From Eledone cirrhosa (taxonomy: Eukaryota): 64,000 nucleotides of DNA. The stretch covers positions 298,034,001-298,098,000 of the forward strand of contig OZ024743.1 in NCBI GenBank assembly GCA_964016885.1. The letters are read 5' to 3'. The notes below the pieces were generated by a model. That model did not search any database and had not been told where the DNA came from. It saw only the letters and a program-made list of their open reading frames with translations. The position numbers were made by a program, and so were the translations under genes. Below, piece by piece: positions 24,465 to 37,503 of the stretch (position 1 is the stretch's first letter; every line of letters starts with the position of its first letter).

Positions 24465-27400
24465 TATCATTATCATCATCATCATCATCAACGTTTAACG
24501 TCCGTGTTCCACGCTTGCATGGGTTTGGACGGGGGTAGTCCCACTTGAGGCAAGAGTGATTGTCTTGCTCGCATAGGACTGTCTGGCAGGTTTTCTACAG
24601 TTGGATGCCCTTCCTAACACCAACCACATTTACAGTGTGGGTCTGGGAGGTTTTTACCGTGTTGCCTACACGGCCACATTACAGCGTGGACTGTGTGTTT
24701 TTTTGTCGTGACACCTACACGATCTCATTTGTTTCGGCCTGGATGGCGCGGCACCAACATAACTTTACATAGAACGGGGTGGTGTGGATGGGGTGGGGGT
24801 GGTGGCGGGACGGGGTGTATTTTGTTAGAGATGCCTACTGGCAAGGCGGGTCTTCTCTGTTACTGAGTACCGCCAAAGGTCTCGGTCCAGTGACATTGTC
24901 TTGGAGAGGTGTAAGTGTGTGAGGTCGGAGTTTATCAGCTCATCCCATGTTTTTCTAGGTCTGCCTATTCCGTGGCTACCGTCTATCATTATTGCCCTGC
25001 ACTTTGTTATACAGCTATCGACTTTCATGCGCATCACGTGTCCATACCAACGCAGCCTTCTCTCGAGTAAACAACATCTGATCCCTCTTATCTCTAATTT
25101 TTTCCTTAGTTCGTTTATGCTTTGCCGTTCACGTATATTACTGTTACACATCCAGCGGAGCATGCAAGCTTCGTTCCTCTCTAGTCTGCGTATATCCTCT
25201 GCACACAATGCCCAGGTCTCACTACCATGCAACATTGCTGTTCGTATGCAGGCATCGTACAACCTGCCTTTCATTTTTAGGGAGAACCCTTTAGCAGCTA
25301 ATAGTGGTATAAGCTCTCTGAACTTTTTCCAACCAGTTCTGACTCTAGCTACAGTACTTTCAGAGCACCCTCCCCCACTGCTGATTTTATCGCCCAGGTA
25401 ACGGAAGCTGTCCACTATTTCTATAGAACCCTCTGCGCAATTGAAAGAGCTAGTATTTTGTGGGCACTTGCTGCTACTTATTGCACCAGAACACCGGCCA
25501 CATGTAAAATCTATGTTCTTAGTTAGCTTACCTGTGATCCCACTACATCTTTTATGCACCCATACTTTGCATTTAGGACATAAAATGGAGTTTCTACCTA
25601 CGCCTTTCCTACACACCGAGCACGACCATTTCCCAGAAGGGACTGCCGCCTTGTTTTCTTTCCTACAAACTAGAACTTTGGTCTTAGCCAGGTTAATTTT
25701 AAGTCCTTTTGACTCTAGGCCGTGCTTCCATGTTTGGAATTTCTTCTCTAGCTCGGCCATTGATTCCGCTATGAGTGTCAGGTCGTCTGCGTATAGGAGT
25801 TCCCATGGGCAGCCTGTCTTGAACTCCTCTGTTATAGCCTGAAGGGCAATAATAAATAGTAGGGGGCTGAGAACAGAGCCCTGATGGACGCCAACTTTTA
25901 CGCTAAACTCTTCACTATATTCGTTGTTAATTCTAACCTTGCTGACTGTTTCTTTATACATGGCTTGTATAGCCCTCACAAGCCATTCGTCAACGCCTAG
26001 TTTTCTAAGAGCCCACCAGATAATGGAGCGGGGGACTCTGTCGAAGGCTTTCTCCAGGTCGACAAAAGCTAAGTAGAGGGGTCTACCTTTAGCTAGGTAC
26101 TTCTCCTGTAGTTGTCGTACTATGAAAAGGGCGTCTGTGGTGCTTTTCCCTGACACAAACCCGAACTGCATTTCATCTAGGTCAATTCTCTCTCTGATTA
26201 GTTGCGCTATTACTTTTTCCGTGACCTTCATGACCTGGTCGATTAATTTAATGCCTCTATAGTTACTCCTATCTAGGGCGTCTCCTTTACCCTTATAACA
26301 GTTAACGATGATGCTGCTATGCCAGTCCTTCGGAACAACCCCATTCTGTACGACTTGGTTAACTATGCGGGTGACCATGGTGTGTCCCACCGTGCCAGAT
26401 GCCTTCAGCATCTCAGCAACTATTTCCGAAGACCCAGCCGCCTTACCCGTCTTCATATCCTTGATTGCCTTACTTATTATACTCCCCTCGACTAACACTG
26501 CTGGTCCCTCTATCGGGTCGATATGGGGGAGACTGTCTTTCTCCCATTTATTCTCCTCATTTAGTAGCCTTTCATAGTGACACTTCCAAGCTACCTTCTT
26601 ATCAGTGTCGGTGATGGCAAGTATGCCATCATCGTTAAGTACACACTTCTCCCCGACAATATCACGGTTTTCCTTGACGCATTGCCTGGCAATCCTGAAC
26701 ACCTCACGTTTTTGGTCATCGCGTTGTAGAACATGCTTGAACTTTCTTTCCTCAGCTTCCCTTCTTGCTAAGTACACTTCTCTCCTAGCTTCCCTCCTGG
26801 CCACTTGATAGTCTACTCTACTTCCCCCATCCCGCCATACTTTCCAAGCCTGCTTTTTGGCCTTAATTGACCCCTCCACCCTACTGTTCCACCACCAAGT
26901 TACTCTCCTCCTGCCTACAGGCCTGCTCCAGCCACAGACTTCGTCTGTCGCCAACAGCAGGTTTGCTTTCAGAAATTCCCACTGTCCCTCTATATTGTCC
27001 GATTCTAGATGCTCTTCCTTACTGTCGAAAGCATCAAGTAATATGCTTTGAAATTTATTTCTGGCTGTGGGGTCCTATAGTTTCCATATTTTCCTTCTGA
27101 GGATAGTCCTCTTCTGCTGTCGAGTACGTCTCGTCCTGACTATGAGGTCGCTAATTATCAGTCTATGTTGGGAGGTGCATTCTTCATGGGGGAGGGATTT
27201 AGTGTTTACAACAGACACTCTGTCACGTCTTCTGGTAAGGATATAATCTACCTGGCTTGTGTGTTCCCCTGATCTATAGGTGATCAGGTGATTGTCACGT
27301 TTTTTGAAGTTAGTGTTACAGATAGTTAGGTTATTTGCATCACAGAATTCCAGGATTCTGGAGCCTCCCTCATTTCTAGTACCAAACCCATAGCCTCCAT

Positions 27401-27530
27401 GGATTTCGTCGTAGCCGTCACAATGTTGTCCAACGTGACCATTTAGGTCGCCTGCAATAATTATATAGTCACTGTCAGATATTTGGGAGGTAGTTAGCAA
27501 CAGTGTCTCATAGAATCTGTCTTTTATAGA
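24465..27530 (-). mobile_element. RTE LINE, 5'-truncated within the endonuclease; long RT ORF 24825-26954
   Basis: GDLNGHVG, VDYIL and SQHRLI (EN); FVDLEKAFDRVPR, GVHQGSVLSP, YADD and a PHD-like finger; 3' UTR with (GAT)n tail; a frame break near 27075. Confidence 0.9.
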
Positions 27531-27808
27531 TATATATATATATATGTATAAAGTACTTGACGATGAGCATTCTAGTTCAATAAACTGATTGAATAATACA
27601 AACAATGTTTTAATATACAGATTCATTATTTGTGTATATATAATATATACAAAGCATATAAATAAATTTACAGTAGAATAACATTACCAATGCTTAAATA
27701 ACATTATAAATTGCTCGCGATGCTTTCAGAAGGATATATTCCTTTAATATTGCAATATTAAAGAAAATATACGTATATATATATACATACATAAAAATTA
27801 GAATTGGA

Positions 27809-28221
27809 GCTCTGAAATAGCAATATATATATGAATGTATATATAATGTATTTTGCAATACACTTTATGCTTAATTTAAAGCATTTTGAAGACTGTATGC
27901 TATTGTTTTAGAGTAGTGACAAACTCACTTACTTTAATCTCAGCTGTATAATCAGTTCCTGATTATTTACTAGAATTCTATAAGAATATAACATCAGTGA
28001 TCTCAGTAGACAGGAGGGAGTAGTTAGCCTTGATAAGCATCAATAAATGCGAAACAAGGCCTTGTCGGCTTATCTCCCCTTGTTTGCTGAGATTAAAGTA
28101 AGTGAGTTTGTCACTACTCTAAAACAATAGCATACGGTCTTCAAAATGCTTTTAATTAAGCATAAAGTGTATTGCAAAATACATTATATATACATTCATA
28201 TATATATTGCTATTTCAGAGC
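27809..28221. repeat. 136-bp near-perfect inverted repeat (27809-27944 / 28086-28221) with a 141-bp spacer
   Basis: GCTCTGAAATAGC...ACTTTAATCTCAGC versus GCTGAGATTAAAGT...GCTATTTCAGAGC. Confidence 0.9.
28026..28070 (+). ncRNA. Type I hammerhead ribozyme, U3-A8 covariant core
   Basis: AGCC UUGAUAA GCAU-caauaa-AUGC GAAA CAAGG CCUUG UC^ GGCU: stems I, II and III all pair; GUC cleavage triplet. Confidence 0.7.
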
Positions 28222-28440
28222 GGGTTATAATAATAAACAAGAAAGACGGTATCATTTTTCCATTTCATTTGTATAACATCTGCCCTACGTGTTCTCATAT
28301 CAACGGATATCAACGAATATCTCATATCAATGGATATTTACATCTTGCATGGATTTTTGTCGGAAGAAAACACGTAGGGAAGATATTATACAAATGACAT
28401 ATGTCTTCGAAATAAGTATAATAAAATAAATATTATATAT

Positions 28441-28473
<33 letters not shown>

Positions 28474-28667
28474 CACATAGTAATAATAATAATATTTATA
28501 CTTATATATGATTATAAATATGGATGGTAGTAGAAAAGGCTCAATGTAAATTTTCAAATGTATTACAGAGCCCAGATACAAAATATAAAACAATAAAATC
28601 TTAATTTAATACATTTAATTGCTGATAATTTCTTTTTTTTACATATACATATTTATAAAACCATATT

Positions 28668-28713
28668 TATTTTATACATATTTCAAAGGCCACCGCTTTC
28701 ATCAGATAAAATA
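28668..28713 (-). ncRNA. Minimal hammerhead-like motif (family shared with 32126 and 37444)
   Basis: Minus strand UAUUUUAU CUGAUGA AAG-cgguggc-CUUU GAAA UAUG UA UAAAAUA; stem I register is imperfect. Confidence 0.5.
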
Positions 28714-29666
28714 CAATATACATACATACACACATATATATATGTATGTATGAAACTTAATTATTCGTGTAATGCGACTCCTGTAACGTTTTTAATAATT
28801 ATTTGATATTACTTACATTTTCTTATCTTTTGCTTTTACTCTTTCTTCATTTCTCCTGCATTTGTTATTCTCTGGAGAAAAATGGCGCCAAACTTTTCCT
28901 TTTGAAAGAATAATGTGATTTGTCGCGTGATTGTGTTCACGTGATATTACCTCTAAATATGTGTATACGCATATACGTATACACATATACGAAATGTTTC
29001 GCGCCATTTTTCTCGTATATATGTATTTTTTCCTTGTAAGTTCGGAATAATGATAAACTGGAATAATTCTAAAATCGGGAAAAATTTTTATATCACTTAA
29101 ATGATGCTATTGAGCATTCTTTTCACACTTCCAGTATCAATGGAAAATGGTACTCGACTGTACCTGCGGGGATAGACCGAGGGGGAGGGGAAAAGTCAGG
29201 TCCCATCACAATATTCCCGTTCCATGATAGTAAGGCCTCTTCACCTGAGGGGCAAAGGTTGTTGTTTAGTCCTAGGTCAACCTTGACTAAACCACAGAAT
29301 TCCATTATGATCGATGGTATTCCACCCACGACCATCCCGTCGTTTTAGGTGTATCTAATAAGTACATTATCGGACATCGTGTTCTTTCTTAATATTTTTT
29401 TTAAGGTGAGTGGAAAGAATTGGCTGTTATTTCTAGCAACCTGAGTGCCCACATAGTATGTGCATATGGGGGAGGGGTATGTTAAAGTAAGGGAGCACAA
29501 GTGTTTGTGAAACATTTAACCATTTACATTATAAATTCAAATGTGTGGGTAGTTCTTGGTGATCGAACGAAAGGAACCGATACGAGATCCATTAATTCTG
29601 TATAAGCCTATCAGAGGTTCATCGATATACCAACCATTGGTAAATATTCCAAGCACACACATACAT

Positions 29667-29721
<55 letters not shown>

Positions 29722-29936
29722 CGTACGTACACAGCATTCCCCTCACGAAGGGCGAGAGTGGCGATCGCAAACATATATACATATACACACAAACACATAC
29801 ACCACACATATATATATATACGCAGAAACACACACATATAATAATGACGAGTACTACGATTCTGGAGGAGCGAATGATGGAGAAGATGAAGCTCTCTGCC
29901 GCAGAATAAATGGTATTTAATTTTAATAATAATACT

Positions 29937-29985
<49 letters not shown>

Positions 29986-29991
<6 letters not shown>

Positions 29992-30843
29992 TCGATAATA
30001 ATAGGCAAACTAACCAATATAACAACAATTTTAATTACGGTAACAACTTTAACAACTATAATAGAAAACATTACAATAATTCCAAAAGCCAGAAAAGAAA
30101 TAGAAGTAGAAATATAATATGGTTTGCCCCCCCCCCCCCCCCCTTCTCACTAAATATTAAAACCCACATTGCTAAACTATTTTTTAATGCTCTTGACAAA
30201 CGCTTCCCTAGAACACATAAATATCACTCAATTTTTAATAGACATACTATAAAATTAACTTACTCGTCCACCAAAAATTTAGCACAAAATATTAACAGAA
30301 TAAATAATAGGAATCTAAAACCTAGCCAAATTACCGATAATAGCCTAAACAATATTCAATTAAACAACTGTAACTGTAGAAATAAATCTAAATGTCCGTT
30401 AAATAACAATTGCTTAGTTAAAAATATAATATACAATTGTAATGTTAAAACTGACTTAAATTCTTTTAATTATGTTGTTTCCACCTCGACAGAATTTAAA
30501 CTTCGCTATAATAATCATAAGAATTCTTTCACAGATCCAGGCAAAAAATCTTCAACTTCACTATCAAGCTTACTCTGGCAACTTAAACATGATAACGTTG
30601 GTTATTCGTTGTTTTGGAATATAGTCTCAAGCGGGATTCCTTTTAATTCTTCATCTGAGACATGTGACCTCTGCGTGGAGGAGATATTATTTATATTAAA
30701 ATCTAAAAATTCCCTTAATCTAAGGAGCAATTTATTCAGTTGCTGCAGACACAGATTGAACTCAACGTTTAAATATAAATATAAATTTAAAATGTAGTAT
30801 ATTTAGTTAAGATATTTATTTAATTAATTATGAAACCTGACGA
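29986..30843 (+). mobile_element. Penelope-like element 3' part: RT-thumb linker and GIY-YIG endonuclease, followed by a truncated hammerhead core
   Basis: RNIIWF, IFNRHTIKLTYS, CNCR...CPL...C, IIY...YV.ST...FKLRYNNHKNSF, STSLSSLLWQLK, CDLC..E, LN.R, CRH; CTGACGA at 30837-30843 after the stop at 30797. Confidence 0.85.
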
Positions 30844-32125
30844 TAAATCTTTCGATTCCTTCAACTTTTTCTTTTTTTAAACCTTCTTCATAAATATATA
30901 CTAATGATGTAATTAAACTACCCTAAAACGTTGATACTCCCAATCTATTGAATAATTTTTACGCTAGATAAACTTCTATACTAAATATAAGAGCATCTGT
31001 AGAACTACAGGGTCTCCTAAATCTTTTAAATGATTTCTGCTAAATAAGTCTTGTTGAATAATTTTGGTTTTTTGTTTGTTTTTGATTCTGATTGCTTCTA
31101 ATGAACTTGGCAATATATTGTCAGATAAACTGGAAGGGTTGATTTCTGTGGTTGATATGGGGGGCATACTGTGTTTTTTTAAGGCCCTTGATACCCTAGG
31201 GAGTGATGAAAGTATTCTTAGCGTTTTGATATATTGATATCTGTTGTCTATTCTATGCATGAACGATAATCATGTATGCGAGGGCAGGAATATTAATATT
31301 TTTTTATCTATGTGTATGTATGTATATATATATATATATAGTAAAATCTTTTATAACCCAAGGGAAAATTTTTTCATGTGAAATGAGAAATTACAGAGCT
31401 GATCACGTATGTTCACGTGTATATCTATAGTGTCAACTAGAACTTGAGATGACTTTCTCTTTCTTTTTCAGGAAAGTACATATATACTTATGTATTTTTG
31501 AGGTTTTATCTCAGGTTTTGATATATCGACCTAAGAATTTTTAAACTAAACATATGGTCATTATTTTTCACACATTATATATCCATGTCTCATTCATGAA
31601 TATTGATATTTACAGTATAATACCCAATTCATATGAATTGATAATTCAAAATGATAGGACATAACGTAAAGTTGTAAATCTGTCATCCTTCTCTCTAGAT
31701 ATAGCTTTCTTCTCCTCCCTCTATACATGATGTAATCTAAGTATCGCTGTTTCTTCTTTAGTTATTTTCTATCTTTCTCCGTCTCCTTAACACTATAACT
31801 AAATAAATAAATAAATAAATAAATAATTACAGTACTCCCTCCCTCATAAATCTCTCAATTTGTATGATGAATTATTATTCATCTGTTGCCTCAACTGCCT
31901 CTCATTTTTTCACCTCCTCACTATTTCTCTCTCCCATATCTCTCTCTATCTCTCTCTGTTTTTCTTTACATACATTTATTCCTTCTCTCCGTCTTTCTTT
32001 CCTTCTAACTTTGCTTAACACTAAATATTTACAAACATCTCACTACCAAACCAACTTTTTTAAATGGAAGTTGATCAATATTTTTATGGTACGTCAAATT
32101 TATTTATAAAACTGCTTATATATTG

Positions 32126-32190
32126 TATTTTATCTGAAGAAGGCATGCCATATTTTTAATATGGTATCCCTGAAATATGTATAATGAAAT
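32126..32190 (+). ncRNA. Minimal hammerhead-like motif
   Basis: UAUUUUAU CUGAAGA AGG C AUGCCAUAU uuuua AUAUGGUAU C CCU GAAA UAUG UA; long stem II, weak stem I. Confidence 0.5.
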
Positions 32191-32704
32191 AAATATGGTT
32201 TTATAAATATAGTTTCCATTTGTTTAATATCGTATATATATATATATATATTTCTTAATTGAATTGATTATCATTATCGTTTTTATGGCAAAAGATTGAC
32301 AGAGAGGGAAACATTTTGACATATATATATATATGATAGAAAGAAGAGAAAAAACGAGACCCTTAGAAACGAATAAGAGTCATCAAAGCGATCATATGTA
32401 TTGCTTTAAACTGTAATGCGAAGGGATACACTAGTATTTGAGGTACCATCATTTGGGATTTTAACCCTTGGACTTTTCCCTCCCGGTTTTGAAATTTAGG
32501 GAAAATTTAGGGGTGACTGCGAATATTACATAATGTAGGGATTTTCTTTTCCTTTTCTATAATTTCTTATTTATGTATTTATATATTTATTTATCTACTC
32601 TCGTGATTGATATTCCGACAAATGTTTGGGGTATTTTTGTTTTTTTATTATGTCAGGTATAGCATCCAAAAATTTCTCCCTTCCCCCAATATATATATAT
32701 GCAA

Positions 32705-32785
32705 ACACAGTGTCCCAAAAAATGTATACACACTTCAACAGCAAAGTAATCAAAGTGTGTATATATTATGGAGGGGACACTGTGT
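32705..32785. mobile_element. Tiny palindromic Tc1/mariner-type MITE
   Basis: ACACAGTGTCCC...TGTATACACACTT...AAGTGTGTATATA...GGGACACTGTGT. Confidence 0.55.
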
Positions 32786-33019
32786 GTATATATATATATG
32801 TGTAACTAGTAATACTGTAAAAATGCAGCGGTATATTCTAATTTGGCCCTTTTAAGGACCACCTATATTTTCATTTAACTCCACTTACATCTATATGCTT
32901 TAATAAAGAGGGGTGGAAATAATTATCTTTCCTTTTTTTCTGCACTTATTAGATGCTGCAATCGACCCTCATTTTCCCCGTTCCTTCCTCTCATCACTCT
33001 TTACTTTCTATTCTTCTTC

Positions 33020-33420
33020 TACTAACTGAAGTACCCGGCTTCGCCCGGGAGAATAGTTAAGAGAAGACGGATAAAAGAGAAAACGACTGTATTGGATGTG
33101 TTGTGTGGTATGAGATGAGGCCGTAATGTGTGAGTGTGTGTTAGACAAAACAAAAAAAATAATCATAAAACTTCCTTATTAGGCTGGGAGAGTAAACTGC
33201 TGATTAAATGGTAGCATTGGCCTTGGATTTTAAATGTGAAATAACCATAGTATGATTTTTTTTTAGCTCCAAAGAACATCATCTGAAACGCAGCAATATA
33301 CTGCATAACATTGCTTCTGAAGTGTTTAACTTCGTTAGTACGGTCTGTAAGTAATATATGGGGAAACAAATTGATTGCAAACTTCTTGGAGGCTAGATTA
33401 GTTGATAAACACATAAAAAA
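33020..33420 (-). mobile_element. Helitron remnant (Rep N-terminal piece plus reversed 3' terminal hairpin)
   Basis: HFRSNVMQYIAAFQMMFFGA...TFKIQGQCYHLISSLL; hairpin CCCGGCTTCGCCCGGG near 33035; same terminal sequence as at 61709. Confidence 0.65.
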
Positions 33421-33769
33421 AACGAGGAGAAAGAATTTTCTCCCACTGAAATCGAGTGGTATGTTCTATAATAATACCAAAAATTACTTCAACAACATCT
33501 TAATTTACATCTTTGAAGATGTATCCGCAAAATTTCTTTAAAAAATATATATCGTTTAAAGAAACAAGGAAGCGAATTTGGGCTGGAGCAGAGACACTAA
33601 ACTCTAGTTATACCACCATGGCCCCTCTATTTGGGGTACTTTTTCATTTCCAGAGCCCCACGAAATGTGTCAAATATTTTTAGTGTGAATTGCACCATTC
33701 ACTAGATTAACAGGATTCAATGAAACTGAAGAAACCGGAAATAAGTAAGGGTACTCAAGAAATGAACTT

Positions 33770-34310
33770 ACTTAAATGTTCACTATAAATAGAAAACTTG
33801 TTATCTAGATGATCTGATTAGTAGTGGAGGTAAATATACTGAAAGTATTGTTACTTTAGTTAGAACAGAGTGGAAGAAGCCTTTTGTTGCTAACAGTTCC
33901 CGGGAAGTGTATATGATGCTAGTGTTCAAACTGCTTTGCTGCATAGTAGTGAGGCGTGAGCATTGAATGTAGAAGATACACGACAGCTAAAAAAAATGAG
34001 GCACCTTGTTTTATTGGATGCATAATGTTAGTGAACTTGAAGATAGAACATAAGTGAACTGAGAAAAACGCTGAGTATTAGAGAAATCAAATATAGCATG
34101 CAAGCGAGATAATTACCCTGGTATGGTCTTGTGACATGGAAGGGGAGTGAGAGTTATATAGGAAAAGTGCCAAGTGCTTGAAGCAGCCAGAACCTGTGGC
34201 AGAGGTAGACCAATGATGATATGGGAAAAAGTTTGAAGAATGACCTTATGAAAGAGATGACACAAGATTGTGTTGAATGTCAACTGGCTGAACTAGAAAA
34301 GACAAGCCCC
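33770..34310 (+). pseudogene. Old, highly degenerate RTE 3' fragment
   Basis: Residual similarity to the RT C-terminus of the RTE at 20520-21090. Confidence 0.6.
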
Positions 34311-35148
34311 ACTAACAGGTACTAACACTGTGAAGCTAAAAGTAAATGCTATGAGACCACAAGGAGTAAAGAGACACTGTTTAGTCGTCAGAATATTAGA
34401 TAACCTCTATAGTGTTGTCATGATGGAACACTAGGTATGCACCTCATTTGTAAAGTGGTGGATGAACAGACCAAGTAGAGATGATCCTCTGGCTCTGTTG
34501 AGTACTTGATAACCTCTCTAATGTTGGTGCCATGATAGAATAAATGCACCCAGCCATAGAAACCATGCTAAGTATGTGCTAAATGTTATGGAACCAATCA
34601 AATCCTGGATAGTGCCAACCAGGCCAAACCATGCTAGCATAGAAAGCGGACATAAAATAATAGCACATACACACACAACTATATATATATATAATAAGTT
34701 GACAGGACTAGCATGAGTTTCACTGCTTGTACCGGTTGCATCATATATCAATCTGAATTCCTATTATCTACTTATATATATATAACCAGCAATTTCTCTG
34801 TCTGTCTGTCCGACAGGGGATAGCGGGAGGGAGAGAGAGAGAGTGAATAGACGCTAAAACACGTGCGCGCGTGCGAATGTTTTTTGCGCATGCGTAGACA
34901 GAGAGTGAGAGTGAAAGAAAGAGACAGACTACAAGAGGGAGATAGCGGGATGGAGAGAGGGGGGAATTGAGGAGTGCTACAGAAACATATATACATTTGT
35001 GTGTGTGTGTAATATATATATATATATATATATAAATAAAAAAGAAATTTATATATATACACATAGAAATATATATACATTTCTGTGTATATAATATATA
35101 TATATATATATATACACACAGAAATATATATACATTTCTGTGTGTGTA

Positions 35149-35183
<35 letters not shown>

Positions 35184-35502
35184 GAAATATATATACATTT
35201 CTGTGTGTGTAATATATATATATATACATATACGGAAATATATGGGCATTTCTCTGTTTGTCTGTCTGTCTGTCTGTCCTTCCCTAAAACTCAAATGTAG
35301 GTGCTACAGAAATATTACCTTCCCCTTCCTTTCTCCACTTTGGTACTACCAAGAGAAACACTGTCGCTATAGAAACATTACCTTCCCCCTCTCCACTGAC
35401 TTTGGTCACTGAGGCCGAGAGAATCGCTGGTTGCTATAGAGACACCTTGCACAAGCCAGAAGTAACCAGTTCGAGGCGGTTCTGACTTGACACCATGCCA
35501 AG

Positions 35503-36832
35503 TCTACTTATAATATATAATGGGCATTTCTCTGTTTGTTTGTCTGTCTGTCCGTCTGTAAAAAATGCCAAGGAAACAAATAGACGCTTTTCAAATTCAT
35601 TACATTAATCTTTATTTATACGTTTCGCTTTACGAATGTTTCGACTTACGAGTGTTTCGGCTTATCATTATATATAAACATTTCTATTTCCATCGTTTTA
35701 TCGTAAACGTTTATATATTTCCATCGTTATATCATAACGTTTATGTATCATAACGTTTATATTTCCGTCACTAATCTCTTTTTCTCCTTTTTCGTTTTAA
35801 CATATTTATTTCAAAGATTTCACCGTATAGATAACATATATATTTATACATGCATAAAAGACACACCGAGAGACGGTGAACATGTGGTGCCGAAAACATT
35901 TCTCATCCAAATCTCAACAATATCAGTATATACACTAGATTTGCTAGCAGAAAACCGCCCACCGGGTGGGTTTCTGCTAGTCTATATATATAAAACTGAG
36001 GATGTCTGTCTGTGTGTGTGTGAGTTTGAATTCCTAAAACTAGAGAACCACCCAACCGACTGTTTTCAAACTTTACACATGTAATACTTATGTTTCAGGG
36101 AGTGTTCTGAACAAAAACATTTCAAATTTTCAATGCCCTAGAGACCGCATTAGGCGATTTAGCAATCTCTCTCTATAATTCTTAGTCTTTCTCTTTTTAG
36201 ATAGATACATACATATAACGTCGCGCCCTTATAATATCTGTTTGTATGTCTGGTTGTCTGCATTACGTCACTTCCCTGAGGATGTCTGTCTCTGTGTGTG
36301 TGTCTGTGAGTTTGAATCCCTAAATCTTTATAAATACCCAACCGACTTTTTTCAAACTTTACATGTGTATTACTTATGTTTCAGGGAGTGTTATGCACAT
36401 AAAAATATTCAACTTTGTGATCCCCTAGGGACCGCATTAGGTGAAGAACTGCGTTTTTTTAGGTTTTTAGGGGTTTTTTGAGGCGTTACGTCAGACTGAT
36501 TTCCTTGAAATTGTAACTATGTATTAGTCTCTTCTTCATAATGTGAGCAAAGAAAATCCAACTTTTTTATGGCTTCATTTTTTTAACTTTTTAGGGCTTC
36601 TTTTGAGGCACATAAAAAAAATTCATTTTCTTGATCCTCTAGGGCCTGCATTAAGTGAAAACCTGCATTTTTCCTGTCATCGAGTAAAATCTTAAAGATT
36701 ATCCAGCCATCAGAGTATTCAGTTTATTTTCTTTATATATTGTCTAGGCATGCAGTTTTTCCACGATTAGGTCTGTTGGCAGCCCGCGTTCCAAAATACC
36801 TTATCCCGTGCAACACCGCGTACCACTGCTAG
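35503..36832 (+). mobile_element. Two head-to-tail non-autonomous Helitrons (about 35503-35980 and 35981-36832)
   Basis: TC...TATATA 5' ends followed by (GTCT)n; subterminal GC hairpins and CTAG 3' ends at 35980 and 36832. Confidence 0.65.
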
Positions 36833-36865
36833 TATATATATATAGTAACAACATAAGATAATTAT

Positions 36866-36926
36866 TTCATTTACCAGTGGTTTCTTGAAGGCAGATGTTA
36901 TGTCTGTCTTCAGTCGTCAGAATGAA
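36866..36926 (-). ncRNA. Type I hammerhead ribozyme
   Basis: Minus strand UUCAUU CUGACGA c UGAAGACAGA-cauaaca-UCUGCCUUCA a GAAA CCA c UGG UA^ AAUGAA. An inverted copy lacking the CUGA core lies at 37702-37765. Confidence 0.7.
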
Positions 36927-36990
36927 TAAATAACATGGTGTTTTTATTAAATATGGATTTGAAAACAAAATTTGGGAAATATTTTGTGGA

Positions 36991-37369
36991 GGGACATGGC
37001 TTAGTGGTTAGAGCATTGGTCTTGCAAGCGAAAGGTGAGTTCAATTCTCAGACCGGGTGATGTGTTGTTTCCTTGAGCAAGACACTTTATTTCACATTGC
37101 TCCAGTTTACTCAGCTGTAGAAATGAGATGATAGGGACTGGTGTCCCTATCATTCCACTGCAAAGTGGTCGTGGAGGTGCCACTGCAAAAAAGCACCCAG
37201 CCCACACTGTAAAGTGGATGTGGAGGTGCCACGGGAAAAAAGCACTCACTGTAAATGAGGTTGGTGTTAGGAAGGGCATCCAGCTGTAGAAATCAAGCCA
37301 GAATGAGTTCCCGTCCCACCCTTGCAAGCAGGGAAAAAGCGGACGTAAAATGAAATGATGAATGATGAT
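36991..37369 (+). repeat. Full-length tRNA-derived SINE with RTE-derived tail
   Basis: A/B boxes, CCTTGAGCAAGACACTT core, GTTAGGAAGGGCATCCAGC motif, (GAT)n end. Confidence 0.85.
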
Positions 37370-37443
37370 ATATATATATATATACATATATGCATATATC
37401 TATATATGTATACAATGACATTAAATAAATGGAAACTATATTT

Positions 37444-37503
37444 ATTCTATTATACATATTTCAAGGGTACTAAAATTTTGGTATGCTATCATCAGATAAA
37501 ATA
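37444..37503 (-). ncRNA. Minimal hammerhead-like motif (degenerate)
   Basis: Minus strand UAUUUUAU CUGAUGA ... GAAA UAUG UA; flanks match those at 28668 and 32126. Confidence 0.4.

Noticed and set aside
27550-27600. Possible hammerhead TTGACGA-TGAGC/GTTCA-ATAAA
   Set aside because: GAAA is replaced, and no convincing stem I, stem III or NUH site is present.
34768-35412. Tyr/Ile-rich ORFs here and at 24034-24288 and 29537-30071
   Set aside because: Translations of (TA)n/(CA)n microsatellites.
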